A stretch of 64,000 nt of DNA from Dehalococcoidia bacterium (GCA_963667465.2 CAXXDN010000002.1:1632001-1696000), one strand, 5' to 3'; counted from the first letter of the stretch, positions 29,957 to 39,886 are shown. The notes: generated by a model from the letters alone, not told the origin. Made by a program: numbers and translations.

Positions 29957-30330
29957 TGTGAGTCGCCTCAAGGCACCGCTCCGAACGAACAAGGGAGCAA
30001 TGCCCGGACTCCTGGTGAAGGCAGCAGGCGAGCCGGAGGGGCGATCGGCTCAAGGGAGTAGTGGCGATGGCCCGAAGCCTCTTCGCCGACCAGGTCATCG
30101 TGCAACGTATCACTAGCGCCGCACTCTCCGTGATCGTCGCTTGGCTCACCCTGCCTGCGATACCATTCGGCGTGTCACCAGGCGTGGATCCAGTGCGAGT
30201 CATGGGTGAGGAGACGCGCTGTGAATACGACATCCTGCCCGGTCTCGAGCCAGCGGGGATTCCATTCTCGCCCCGGAACGTGACCTTGACGCAAGGATGG
30301 CATTATGGCGAGGCGAATGCCCTCGGCTTC
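29957..30330 (+). pseudogene. collapsed remnant unit of the surface-protein array (leader, module tail and truncated partner ORF)
   Basis: Leader motif GAGCAATGCCC at 29995 also occurs at 32392 and 35157. In-frame GVVAMARSLF resembles the module C-termini. Then a hydrophobic stretch and EYDILPGL. Confidence 0.55.
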
Positions 30331-32017
30331 GTCCCTGCGCCAGTTGGCCGCAGCGGCAGCCTTCGTTGTTCTTGGCGCCGTGATCGCAACTTGCGGCTTC
30401 GGTAACGACGTCACGCCCGAGCCCATGGTTGCGACGGCTGCGCCGACCGCCACGCCCACCCCCACGCCGACCGCGACCGCGACGCCGACTCCGACGGCCA
30501 CGGCGACTCCGACGGCCACGGCGACACCCACACCATTGCCGGTTGTAACGATCACTGCGGCGGCGAGCTCGGTAGGCGAGGGACAGCCCGCGCGCTTCGT
30601 GGTCAACCGCACGGGTACCACCGTCGCGGCGCTGACGGTGGCGCTGAGCGTGAACGAGACGGGCAGCACGCTGAGCGGCACAGCGCCCGCCTCGCTGACC
30701 ATCCCCGCGGGCGCGGCGAGCGCCGCGCTCGACGTCCCGACCGAGGACGACGCCGCGGACGAGCCGGACAGCGTCGTCACGGCGACGCTAACGGCGGGCT
30801 CGGGCTACACGGCCGGCTCGCCAGCCGCGGCGGGGGTCACCGTCCAGGACGACGACGCTCCCGCGCCCGCCTCGCTGCGCTACGACACCTACGACACGAC
30901 CGGCGCCGTCACGACGGCCGGCAGCTACGCCTTCCTCGAGGCGAGCGCCAGCGAGGCGTCACGAGACGGCAGCGCGGCGACGGACGGGACCGCGGGGTCG
31001 CTCGCGGTCGTCACGACCTACGAGGGACTCCGCCGGGACGCGACTATGCTGAAGATCAGCCGTGCCGACGCAGACGGCACCCTGCGCGATGTCTACTACG
31101 GCGCCGTGGCGGTGGGCGACCTGATCGAGTGGCGCACGAGCGATGATTGTTTCGTGCGCTACCGCGTGACCTCCTCGCCAGCGGCGACCGCGGCCTACCG
31201 CGAGTTCGGAGTGCAGCCCGAGACGTACGTCTTCCAGGGCTGCCAGTCGGGCTCGCTCCCGGCGGGTGCGGGAGGGGCCGGGCAGAGAGCTGCGTCGACA
31301 GCGCCCGCCGCCGCGACGATCACCGCGGCCTCCGCGCTGCCGCTTGCGGGCTACGGCGGGACCAGCCTCCAGTCCTTCGCCGTCGTGCACGGTCCCTGGC
31401 AGTACGCACCCAGCGCGCCGCGCGAGCCGGGCAAGCTCACCCAGCCGCGCGCGGACGTGGCCGCCTTGCCTCGCGTGAGGCCGGAGGATGCGAGCGAGGT
31501 CCTCCTCCGCCAGCGCTCACTGAGGACGACCGACCTCGCGGTGGCGCGCGGGCTGCCGGCCTGGCGGGAACCGGCGGCAGGCGCCCTGCCGGAGGGCTGG
31601 ACGTTCGCGGTCGCTGTGGGCGGGGAGTCGAACGGCTACAACTACACCGGCTATGTAGCGGTCTGGAGTAACGCTGGCGGGTACTCGGCGCTGGAGATCG
31701 AGGGCATCTACTACCCCGCCGGGACTCGCGCAGGTGCGAAGGTGTCGAGCTGGACGACGAGTGACGGCAAGCTACTCGTGGTGGAGCCGATCGTGGTCGC
31801 GGGCCGTCCGGCGTGGGTGAAGTACAGCCCGCCGGGGCCAGGTCATCTGGCCATCGGTGCAACCAGGGTGTGGGTCTACGACGCCGCGAGCGAGACCGCG
31901 TACTTCGTCTGGGGGAACGATTCGAGCCTCCTATACGGTGCTCCCGGAGCGGTCGAGCGCCTCGTCCGCATCGCCTGCAGCCTGTTCCTGAGCGCGAGCG
32001 AGTGCGCGTCCCCCTGA
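30305..32017 (+). CDS. putative surface lipoprotein: Thr-Pro/Ala linker, Calx-beta-like domain, one LRYxTYDTTG module
   Basis: Signal ending IATC; TATPTP repeats; VTITA..SV.EG..A.F.V.RTG...EPD..VTAT...V.V.DDD; module from 30875. Confidence 0.75.
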   Translation: MARRMPSASSLRQLAAAAAFVVLGAVIATCGFGNDVTPEPMVATAAPTATPTPTPTATATPTPTATATPTATATPTPLPVVTITAAASSVGEGQPARFVVNRTGTTVAALTVALSVNETGSTLSGTAPASLTIPAGAASAALDVPTEDDAADEPDSVVTATLTAGSGYTAGSPAAAGVTVQDDDAPAPASLRYDTYDTTGAVTTAGSYAFLEASASEASRDGSAATDGTAGSLAVVTTYEGLRRDATMLKISRADADGTLRDVYYGAVAVGDLIEWRTSDDCFVRYRVTSSPAATAAYREFGVQPETYVFQGCQSGSLPAGAGGAGQRAASTAPAAATITAASALPLAGYGGTSLQSFAVVHGPWQYAPSAPREPGKLTQPRADVAALPRVRPEDASEVLLRQRSLRTTDLAVARGLPAWREPAAGALPEGWTFAVAVGGESNGYNYTGYVAVWSNAGGYSALEIEGIYYPAGTRAGAKVSSWTTSDGKLLVVEPIVVAGRPAWVKYSPPGPGHLAIGATRVWVYDAASETAYFVWGNDSSLLYGAPGAVERLVRIACSLFLSASECASP

Positions 32018-32518
32018 CGCGGGCGCGCGCCCTTGCGGTCTCTGCGCTCGCGTTCGGCGTGCTCGGCGCGCTCGGGATCGCACCCGGTTCGGCCGGAGCC
32101 GAGGAGCCGCCCGTCCCTCCGCCTCCGGATTACGAGTACGACGTGCTGCCCGGCTCGATCTCCGACCGGCCCGGCCTTACCGCGATCGAGCTGGTCGGGG
32201 CGCTCGAGTGCGACGAACTGAAGGTGGTGTGGATCGCCGCTACCGACCCCGTCGCCTCGCTCCCCAACGCCGAGTGCGTGCGCGCGTCGCTCCAGCGCCC
32301 CCCAGGCGGCTGAGTCCCGGCCCATGGCCACGCCGAGGCAACCACGATCGGTGTAGATTGATGGAAGCACAGAGTCGGGCGGGCAGCATGCGAGCAATGC
32401 CCTGACGCACCTGCGAACGATGGCGAGGCGGCTTGCGATTGGGCAGCGCGCGTGGCTGCTCGCCGCGGTCAGCGTCCTCGTCTCGCTCGCCGTCGTCGGC
32501 GGCCTCTGGCTGGGCTTC
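30482..32518 (+). repeat. direct repeat copy A (about 2.0 kb)
   Basis: Aligns by eye to 33251-35283 at an offset of about 2767 bp. Near-identical except for patches in the module's distal domain. Confidence 0.9.
32002..32313 (+). pseudogene. truncated secreted partner ORF (EYDVLPG) fused to a molybdopterin-oxidoreductase fragment
   Basis: GTG overlaps the upstream stop; signal peptide ending AGA-EE; YEYDVLPG then SISDRPGLTAIEL...VVWIAATDPVASLPNAE. Confidence 0.55.
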
Positions 32519-34783
32519 GGCAGCGGCGGCGGCGCCGCGCAGGCGCAAACCGCGTGTGAGACGGGCGGGGCCACGCCTGCTGGCGGCGCACTCGCGAGTG
32601 ACTGCGAGGTGCTGCTCAGTCTCAAGTCACAACTGGCGGGGACCGCGACCCTGAACTGGAGCGCCGGCCTCGCGATCGCGAGCTGGGACGGCGTGCACGT
32701 GCAGTCGGGGCGGGTCACGACCGTGAACCTCATCGACAGGGGGCTTGCGGGTACGCTGCCCGCCCGCCTCTCGGAGTTGACCGCTCTCGTGAGCCTGGCC
32801 CTGAACGACAACCAGCTCACGGGCGGCATTCCGAAGGAGTGGGGGCAACTCGACGCGCTCAGCTACCTGAGCGTCACCGGCAACCAGCTCACGGGGGGCA
32901 TTCCGAAGGAGTTGGGGTCAGGCCCACCGCTGTGGGCGCTGCACCTGGCCGGCAACCAGCTGAGCGGGTCCATCCCAGAGGAACTGGGTCAGTCGGCCTC
33001 GCTGCGGCACCTGACCGTGAACGGCAACAAGCTGAGCGGCAGCCTGCCCGCGAACCTGGATGGGCTCTCGACGTTGAAGGTTTCGGGCAACGCCTTCACG
33101 GGCTGCGTGCCGCCCGTGCTGCGCAAGGTATCGAGCAACGACCTCGGGAAGCTCTCGATCAAGGACTGCGCCACGCCCACTCCCACGCCGACCGCCACCG
33201 CGACTGCCACATCGACTGCCACTGCTACGGCGACTGCTACGCCGACGCCCACGCCGACTCCGACGGCCACGGCGACGCCGACGGCCACGGCGACACCCGC
33301 ACCATTGCCGGTTGTAACGATCACTGCGGCGTCGAGCTCGGTAAGCGAGGGGCGCCCTGCACGCTTCGTGGTCAGCCGCACGGGTACCACCGTCGCCGCG
33401 CTGACGGTGGCGCTGAGCGTGAACGAGACGGGCAGCACGCTGAGCGGCACAGCGCCCGCCTCGCTGACCATCCCCGCGGGCGCGGCGAGCGCCGCGCTCG
33501 ACGTCCCGACCGAGGACGACGCCGTGGACGAGCCGGACAGCGTCGTCACGGCGACGGTCACGGCGGGCTCGGGCTACACGGTCGGCTCGCCAGCCGCGGC
33601 AGGGGTCACCGTCCAGGACGACGACACTCCCGCGCCCGCCTCGCTGCGCTACGACACCTACGACACGACCGGCGCCGTCACGACGGCCGGCAGCTACGCC
33701 TTCCTCGAGGCGAGCGCCAGCGAGGCGTCACGAGACGGCAGCGCGGCGACGGACGGGACCGCGGGGTCGCTCGCGGTCGTCACGACCTACGAGGGGCTCC
33801 GCCGGGACGCGACTATGCTGAAGATCCACCGTGCCGACGCCGACGGCACCCTGCGCGATGTCTACTACGGCGCCGTGGCGGTGGGCGACCTGGTCGAGTG
33901 GCGCACGAGCGATGACTGCTTCGTGCGCTACCGCGTGACCTCCTCGCCAGCGGCGACCGCGGCCTACCGCGAGTTCGGAGTGCAGCCCGAGACGTACGTC
34001 TTCCAGGGCTGCCAGTCGGGCTCGCTCCCGGCGGGTGCGGGAGGGGCCGGGCAGAGAGCTGCGTCGACAGCGCCCGCCGCCGCGACGATCACCGCGGCCT
34101 CCGCGCTGCCGCTTGCGGCCTACGGCGGGACCAGCCTCCAGTCCTTCGCCGTCGTGCACGGCCCCTGGCAGTACGCACCCGGCGTACGGCCGGAGCCAGG
34201 TGCGCTCACCCAGCCGCGCGCGGACGTGGCCGCCTTGCCTCGCGTGAGGCCGGAGGATGCGAGCGAGGTCCGCCTCCGCCAGCGCGAACTGAGGACGACT
34301 GATCTTGCGGTGGCGCGCGGGCTGCCCTACTGGCGAGAGCCGGCGGCGGGAGCCCTGCCGGAGGACTGGACGTTCGCGCTCGCACTGGGCGGGGAGTCGA
34401 ACGGCTACAACTACACCGGTTATGGAGCGGCCTGGAACAACGCTGGCGGGTACCCGGCGCTGGAGATCGAGGGCATCTACTACCCCGCCGGGACTCGCGC
34501 AGGTGCGAAGGTGTCGAGCTGGACGACGAGTGCAGGCCTCACGGTGGTGGAGCCGATCGTGGTCGCGGGCCGCCCGGCGTGGGTGCAATACAGCCCTGCA
34601 GGTCCAAACCAGGTCACGGTGTTCCCGACCAGGATGTGGGTCTACGACGCCGCGAGCGAGACTGCGTACTTCGTGTGGGGGAACGATGGAAGCCTCCATG
34701 TCGACGCTCCCGGAGCGGTCGAGCGCCTTGTCCGCATCGCCTGCAGCCTGTTCCTGAGCGCGAGCGAGTGCGCGTCCCCCTGA
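32420..34783 (+). CDS. secreted protein: plant-type LRR domain, TP linker, Calx-beta-like domain, one LRYxTYDTTG module
   Basis: DC..LL..K..L.G...LNW...W.GV LRR cap; LxLxxNQLTGxIPxE repeats; GCVP cap; distal part equals repeat copy B. Confidence 0.85.
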   Translation: MARRLAIGQRAWLLAAVSVLVSLAVVGGLWLGFGSGGGAAQAQTACETGGATPAGGALASDCEVLLSLKSQLAGTATLNWSAGLAIASWDGVHVQSGRVTTVNLIDRGLAGTLPARLSELTALVSLALNDNQLTGGIPKEWGQLDALSYLSVTGNQLTGGIPKELGSGPPLWALHLAGNQLSGSIPEELGQSASLRHLTVNGNKLSGSLPANLDGLSTLKVSGNAFTGCVPPVLRKVSSNDLGKLSIKDCATPTPTPTATATATSTATATATATPTPTPTPTATATPTATATPAPLPVVTITAASSSVSEGRPARFVVSRTGTTVAALTVALSVNETGSTLSGTAPASLTIPAGAASAALDVPTEDDAVDEPDSVVTATVTAGSGYTVGSPAAAGVTVQDDDTPAPASLRYDTYDTTGAVTTAGSYAFLEASASEASRDGSAATDGTAGSLAVVTTYEGLRRDATMLKIHRADADGTLRDVYYGAVAVGDLVEWRTSDDCFVRYRVTSSPAATAAYREFGVQPETYVFQGCQSGSLPAGAGGAGQRAASTAPAAATITAASALPLAAYGGTSLQSFAVVHGPWQYAPGVRPEPGALTQPRADVAALPRVRPEDASEVRLRQRELRTTDLAVARGLPYWREPAAGALPEDWTFALALGGESNGYNYTGYGAAWNNAGGYPALEIEGIYYPAGTRAGAKVSSWTTSAGLTVVEPIVVAGRPAWVQYSPAGPNQVTVFPTRMWVYDAASETAYFVWGNDGSLHVDAPGAVERLVRIACSLFLSASECASP

Positions 34784-35283
34784 CGTGGGCGCGCGCCCTC
34801 GCGCTCTCTGCGCTCGCGTTCGGCGTGCTCGGCGCGCTCGGGATCGCACCCGGTTCGGCCGGAGCCGAGGAGCCGCCCGTCCCTCCGCCTCCGGATTACG
34901 AGTACGACGTGCTGCCCGGGCTCGATCTCCGGCCGAACCGGCCTTACCGCGATCGAGCTGGTCGGGGCGCTCGAGTGCGACGAACTGAAGGTGGTGTGGA
35001 TCGCAGCGACCAACCCCGTCGCCTCGCTCCCCAACGCCGAGCGCGTGCGCGCGGCGCTCCCGCGCCCCCAGGCGGCTGAGTCCTAGCCTGTGAGTACGCC
35101 GAGGCAACCACGCTCGGTGTAGATTGATGGAAGCACAGAGTCGGCGGGCAGCATGCGAGCAATGCCCTGACGCACCTGCGAACGATGGCGAGGCGGCTTG
35201 CGATGGCGCGGCGCGCGTGGCTGCTCGTCGCGGTCAGCGTCGTCGTCTCGCTCGCCGTCGTGAGCGGCCTCTGGCTAAACTTC
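33251..35283 (+). repeat. direct repeat copy B (about 2.0 kb)
   Basis: Matches copy A. Includes the partner ORF, the intergenic leader and the signal-peptide codons of the next gene. Confidence 0.9.
34768..35079 (+). pseudogene. second copy of the truncated partner ORF and oxidoreductase fragment
   Basis: Same as 32002-32313, with one extra G after CCCGG and one fewer C near the end. Confidence 0.55.
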
Positions 35284-38200
35284 AGTGCGGACCCCACTGG
35301 CGCGACCCACACCACAGGGACAGTCGTCACCGTCACGGCGACGGCCGCTGATGGGTACGGTTTGTCGTCCTGGGGCGATGACTGCGCTGGCACGCCCACT
35401 ACCTCGATGACGTGCTCGCTCACGATGGACGCCGACAAGACCGCAAAGGCCACCTTCACCGAGTTGACGTGCGAGAGCGGGCCGGCGGTGCCGAACCCGT
35501 CCGTCAACAGCAGACTCGTCGACGACTGCGCGCGGCTGCTGGCACTGAGGGACACGCTCTCGGAAACCGGCACCCTCAACTGGACACCCGGGACGGCAAT
35601 GACGAGCTGGACGGGCGTAACTGTCGGCGGGTCGCCCCGGCGCGTGACGAAGCTGCACCTGGCGAACAATGGGCTGACCGGGCAGGTCTCGGGATTGATT
35701 GGGGAGCTTACCGGGCTGACCGAGTTGCGGCTGAACGGGAACAAGCTCACGGGCAGGCTGCCGTCGAAACTGGGGCAGCTCACCAGGCTCACGCACGCCT
35801 ACATCGCTGGCAACGCTTTCGCGGGCTGCGTGCCGCCGCTGCTGCGTACCGTCGCGAATAACGATGTCGTGCATGTCGGTTTGGCAGACTGTGCGGAGCC
35901 GATCGACGTTAGCTGCGAGTACGGCCCGTTGACGGCAGGCGCGTACCAGTTCCGGTGGGACGACCAATCGGTGCCTCTCATCTTCGACATTCCGCCTGGT
36001 CTGACGCTGCGCGTCGACGCCGTGGTGATCCCGGAGGTAGGTGAGGACGGCTCGTACGCCCCTCCAGGCCTCATTCTGCAACATTATCAGGGCGACTCTT
36101 GGATCTGCCTCGACCTCGAGGACGGCTCGGAGTGCAACCGCTGGACGCCATCGTCCGCCGGGGTGCGCGAATCGAACTCTGCCAGGGTGCGCGGGTCGAG
36201 CGAAGCGGATGTCGACTCCCTCTTCGACCGCTTGGCGGAGTCCGTATGGGTGGAACGCGCTGGCACGCCAGCGACCTCGGCGACGTGCTCGCTCACGATG
36301 GACGCGGACCGCACAGCCTCCGCGACGTTCGCGAAGAACAGCGCACCCACCACGCTCCGCTACTCGACCTACGACACGACCGGGCAGGCGGCGACGGCCG
36401 GGAGCTACGCCTTCCTCACGGCGAACGGCGCTGGCAGCCAGCGGGAGGGCGGAGACGGGGGCGCGCGCCAGTCGGAAGGGTCCACCACCCCGGTCGCCAT
36501 CACGACCTACGAGGGCCTGCGTACCGAGGCCGACACGCTGCGCATCCACGTCACCGACGGTTCCGGCGTCTCGCGCGCGAGCTTCTACGGCACGGTGGGG
36601 GTGGGCGACACGTTCGAGTGGCGCGAGGCGAGCGATTGCTGGGTGCGCTACCTCGTGACCGCTGTCAAGCCGGGAACCTCGCCGCGCGAGTTTGTGATCT
36701 GGCCCTACTCGTACACGTACACCGGTTGCAGCGGCACGGTGGCCAGCGGTCGCAGTGCGCCGGGTGACACCGCTCAGGGCGGTGAGCGCTCGCCAGCGAC
36801 CGCCACCGCGATGCGTGACTTCACATGGAAGCCCGCGTACCTGCGGACGGGCGACTTCAAGGTCCCGACCTGGCACGGCCCGTGGCTGATTGTCCCTACG
36901 AGTTGGACCGGACCGGTCCCTGTCGCCCGATCCCTGGCTCCGCCTGTCGCCCCACCTGCTATCACGTGGCCGCCGGATCCCCTCCCCGACCCGGACCTCG
37001 GAGCCGGCTGGCGCGGCGGCATTACGCCCGGCTATCCGCCAAGCGAACTCGAAGGCTGGTACTCGCACAGCGACGGGGGCATCCTGAGCGCCTACATATG
37101 GCAACTCCAGAAGTGGCCGCTTGACGTCTACCGCATGGGGTTGCCCCCCAGCAAAGCCGCGCGGATCAACGAGTTCGTCATCATAGATGGGCGTCCGGCA
37201 CACGTGTCTTACTCGCGTGTGAAACACGACGGATCGGAGGCTCAAGCGATAATCTTTGATCCGGCAACGGGGCTGGTCTACAACGTGAGTGACGGCCCGC
37301 TCGCCCGCCAGAACGACCCCGAGGCGACGATCGAGCTCGCGAAGAAGTTCATCCTGCCCGCGACCGCGACCGCGACCGTGACCCCGACGACCTACGCGCT
37401 AACGCTCTCCGCCGCGACGGGTGGAAGCCTGAGTGCGGACCCCGCCGGGGGGAGCCACGCTGCGGGAACAGTCGTCACCGTCACGGCGAACGCTGCCGAT
37501 GGGTACGGCCTCTCCTCGTGGGGCGATGATTGCGCTGGCACGCCTGCTACCTCGACGACGTGCTCGCTCACGATGGACGCGGACCGCACAGCCTCCGCGA
37601 CGTTCGCGAAGAACAGCGCACCCACCACGCTCCGCTACAGCACGTACGACACGACCGGGCAGGCGGCGACCGCCGGCAGCTACGCATTCCTCACGGCGAA
37701 CGGCGCTGGCAGCCAGAGGGAGGGCGGGGACGAGGGCGCGCGCCAGTCGGAAGGGTCCACCACCCCGGTCGCCATCACGACCTACGAAGGCCTGCGTACC
37801 GAGGCCGACACCCTGCGCATCCACGTCACCGACGGCTCGGGCGTCTCGCGCGCGAGCTTCTACGGCACGGTGGGGGTGGGCGACACGTTCGAGTGGCGGG
37901 AGGCGAGCGATTGCTGGGTGCGCTACCTCGTGACGGCGATCAAGCCGGGAACCTCGCCGCGCGAGTTTGTGATCTGGCCCTACTCGTACACGTACACGGG
38001 TTGCAGCGGCACGGTGGCCAGCGGTCGCAGTGCGCCGGGTGACACCGCTCAGGGCGGTGAGCGCTCGTCAGCGACCGCCACCGCGATGCGTGACTTCACA
38101 TGGAAGCCCGCGTACCTGCGGACGGGCGACTTCAAGGTCCCCACATGGCACGGACCGTGGGTGATTGTCCCTACGAGTTGGACCGGACCGGTCCCTGTCG

Positions 38201-39882
38201 CCCGATCCCTGGCTCCGCCTGTCGCCCCACCTGCTATCACGTGGCCGCCGGATCCCCTCCCCGACCCGGACCTCGGACCCGGCTGGCGGGGGGGCGTGCA
38301 CATGGGCTACGGGGAACTGGAAGGCTGGTACTCCCATGCTGACGGCGGCAGTCTTGACGTCTACATATGGCAACTCCAGAAGTGGCCGCTCGGCGTCTAC
38401 CGCATGGGGTTGCCCTTCAGCGAAGCCGCGCGGATCAACGAGTTCGTCATCATCGATGGGCGTCCGGCACACGTGTCTTACTCGCGTGTGAAACACGACG
38501 GATCGGAGGCTCAAGCGATAATCTTTGATCCGGCAACGGGGCTGGTCTACAACGTGCGTGGCGGCCCGCTCGCCCGCCAGAACGACCCCGATGCGACGAT
38601 CGAGATCGCGAAGAAGTTCATCCTGCCCGTGACCCCGACCGACACCGCGCCGCCGACCGCGACCGTGACCCCGACGACCTACGCGCTGGCGCTCTCCGCC
38701 GCGACAGGTGGAAGCCTCAGCGCGGGCCCAGCCGGGGAGAGCCACGCTGCGGGGACAGTCGTCACCGTCACGGCGACCGCCGCTGATGGGTACGGCCTCT
38801 CCTCGTGGGGTGATGACTGCGCTGGCACGCCAGCGACCTCGGCGACGTGCTCGCTCACGCTGGACGCGGACCGCACAGCCTCCGCGACGTTCGCGAAGAA
38901 CAGCGCACCCACCACGCTCCGCTACTCGACCTACGACACGACCGGCGCTGTGACGGCGGCGGGCAGCTACGCCTTCCTCGCGAACGGGGGCGGCGCGCAG
39001 GCAGGCGCGGAGCGCGCGTCCGCTGGCGCAACCGCGACGGTGCTGACGACCTACGAGGGCTGGCGCGAGGAGGCCGACACGCTGCGCATCAACCTCACCG
39101 ATGGTGCCGGGGTCTCGCGCGCCTCGTTCTACGGCACGGTCACCGCCGGCGACATGTTCGAGTGGCGCATCGCCAACGACTGCTGGACGCGCTACCAGGT
39201 GATGAGGGCACCGGGAGCAGTCGCACTCGCTACCGACACGACGAGCAACCACCGCGAGTTCGGGGTCAAGCCGGTGTCGTATGCCTTCACGGGCTGTGGC
39301 GGCATGGTCGCCGCATCCACTGCGGGAGTGGCCGACTTCGGGCCATTGCCTGTCCTCGGCGGCCTCTCGCTCACCGTGCCGGTGGTCCACGGCATCTTCC
39401 AGCTCGTCCCTGCTGGCTGGACCGGTTCCACGAAGCCTGTGGGCCCTCGAATGCCTGCGCGTCCCACGATCCCGTCGGCAGAGGCGACGAGCCTGGCCGA
39501 GGCGCGCAAGTTGCCCCATTGGCGCGAGCCGGAGCTGTCGGAGGGTTGGAAGTTCTCCTACGCTGTGAGCGGGGATGAAGCCGAAGCAGGGTACTTCACG
39601 GCCTACTACAACGGCCTCGATCTGACCGTCTCCGCCGCAGGAATCAATGCGAAGTACTCGCCAAAGCAGGCCAGCGAAACCTACTACAACGGTAGCCGGA
39701 CCAGCGTCCGCGAGACGCTGCAGATCGCGGGCCGGCCCGCGCGGGTACACCGTAGCCTCACTGCCAAACAGTTCCCCACGACCGTGCACGTGTGGGACGA
39801 GGCGACGGGCGTGCTCTACACGCTCCACTGGAGCGGCCACGCGGCAAAGCTGATCGCGCTCGCCGAGAGCATGTTCGAGTAG
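35185..39882 (+). CDS. large secreted protein (1565 aa): InlB-B-repeat-like domains, short LRR, three LRYSTYDTTG modules
   Basis: GTVVTVTA.AADGY.LSSWGDDCAG....CSLT.DAD.TA.ATF repeats; LRR at about 35520-35890; modules at 36355, 37630 and 38917. Confidence 0.85.
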   Translation: MARRLAMARRAWLLVAVSVVVSLAVVSGLWLNFSADPTGATHTTGTVVTVTATAADGYGLSSWGDDCAGTPTTSMTCSLTMDADKTAKATFTELTCESGPAVPNPSVNSRLVDDCARLLALRDTLSETGTLNWTPGTAMTSWTGVTVGGSPRRVTKLHLANNGLTGQVSGLIGELTGLTELRLNGNKLTGRLPSKLGQLTRLTHAYIAGNAFAGCVPPLLRTVANNDVVHVGLADCAEPIDVSCEYGPLTAGAYQFRWDDQSVPLIFDIPPGLTLRVDAVVIPEVGEDGSYAPPGLILQHYQGDSWICLDLEDGSECNRWTPSSAGVRESNSARVRGSSEADVDSLFDRLAESVWVERAGTPATSATCSLTMDADRTASATFAKNSAPTTLRYSTYDTTGQAATAGSYAFLTANGAGSQREGGDGGARQSEGSTTPVAITTYEGLRTEADTLRIHVTDGSGVSRASFYGTVGVGDTFEWREASDCWVRYLVTAVKPGTSPREFVIWPYSYTYTGCSGTVASGRSAPGDTAQGGERSPATATAMRDFTWKPAYLRTGDFKVPTWHGPWLIVPTSWTGPVPVARSLAPPVAPPAITWPPDPLPDPDLGAGWRGGITPGYPPSELEGWYSHSDGGILSAYIWQLQKWPLDVYRMGLPPSKAARINEFVIIDGRPAHVSYSRVKHDGSEAQAIIFDPATGLVYNVSDGPLARQNDPEATIELAKKFILPATATATVTPTTYALTLSAATGGSLSADPAGGSHAAGTVVTVTANAADGYGLSSWGDDCAGTPATSTTCSLTMDADRTASATFAKNSAPTTLRYSTYDTTGQAATAGSYAFLTANGAGSQREGGDEGARQSEGSTTPVAITTYEGLRTEADTLRIHVTDGSGVSRASFYGTVGVGDTFEWREASDCWVRYLVTAIKPGTSPREFVIWPYSYTYTGCSGTVASGRSAPGDTAQGGERSSATATAMRDFTWKPAYLRTGDFKVPTWHGPWVIVPTSWTGPVPVARSLAPPVAPPAITWPPDPLPDPDLGPGWRGGVHMGYGELEGWYSHADGGSLDVYIWQLQKWPLGVYRMGLPFSEAARINEFVIIDGRPAHVSYSRVKHDGSEAQAIIFDPATGLVYNVRGGPLARQNDPDATIEIAKKFILPVTPTDTAPPTATVTPTTYALALSAATGGSLSAGPAGESHAAGTVVTVTATAADGYGLSSWGDDCAGTPATSATCSLTLDADRTASATFAKNSAPTTLRYSTYDTTGAVTAAGSYAFLANGGGAQAGAERASAGATATVLTTYEGWREEADTLRINLTDGAGVSRASFYGTVTAGDMFEWRIANDCWTRYQVMRAPGAVALATDTTSNHREFGVKPVSYAFTGCGGMVAASTAGVADFGPLPVLGGLSLTVPVVHGIFQLVPAGWTGSTKPVGPRMPARPTIPSAEATSLAEARKLPHWREPELSEGWKFSYAVSGDEAEAGYFTAYYNGLDLTVSAAGINAKYSPKQASETYYNGSRTSVRETLQIAGRPARVHRSLTAKQFPTTVHVWDEATGVLYTLHWSGHAAKLIALAESMFE
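36258..39300 (+). repeat. intragenic tandem repeats with a period of about 1.28 kb (two near-identical, third divergent)
   Basis: GACGCGGACCGCACAGCCTCCGCGACGTTCGCGAAGAACAGCGCACCCACCACGCTCCGCTAC recurs at about 36301, 37576 and 38863. Confidence 0.9.
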
Positions 39883-39886
39883 CGCC

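Noticed and set aside
30440-33300. Short tandem repeats (ACGCCGAC/GGCCACGGCG) as a CRISPR array
   Set aside because: They encode in-frame Thr-Pro/Thr-Ala linkers; there are no unique spacers and no cas genes.
31380-34783. Diversity-generating retroelement (TR/VR pair)
   Set aside because: Differences between the copies involve all four bases and indels, both copies are coding, and no reverse transcriptase is in the window.
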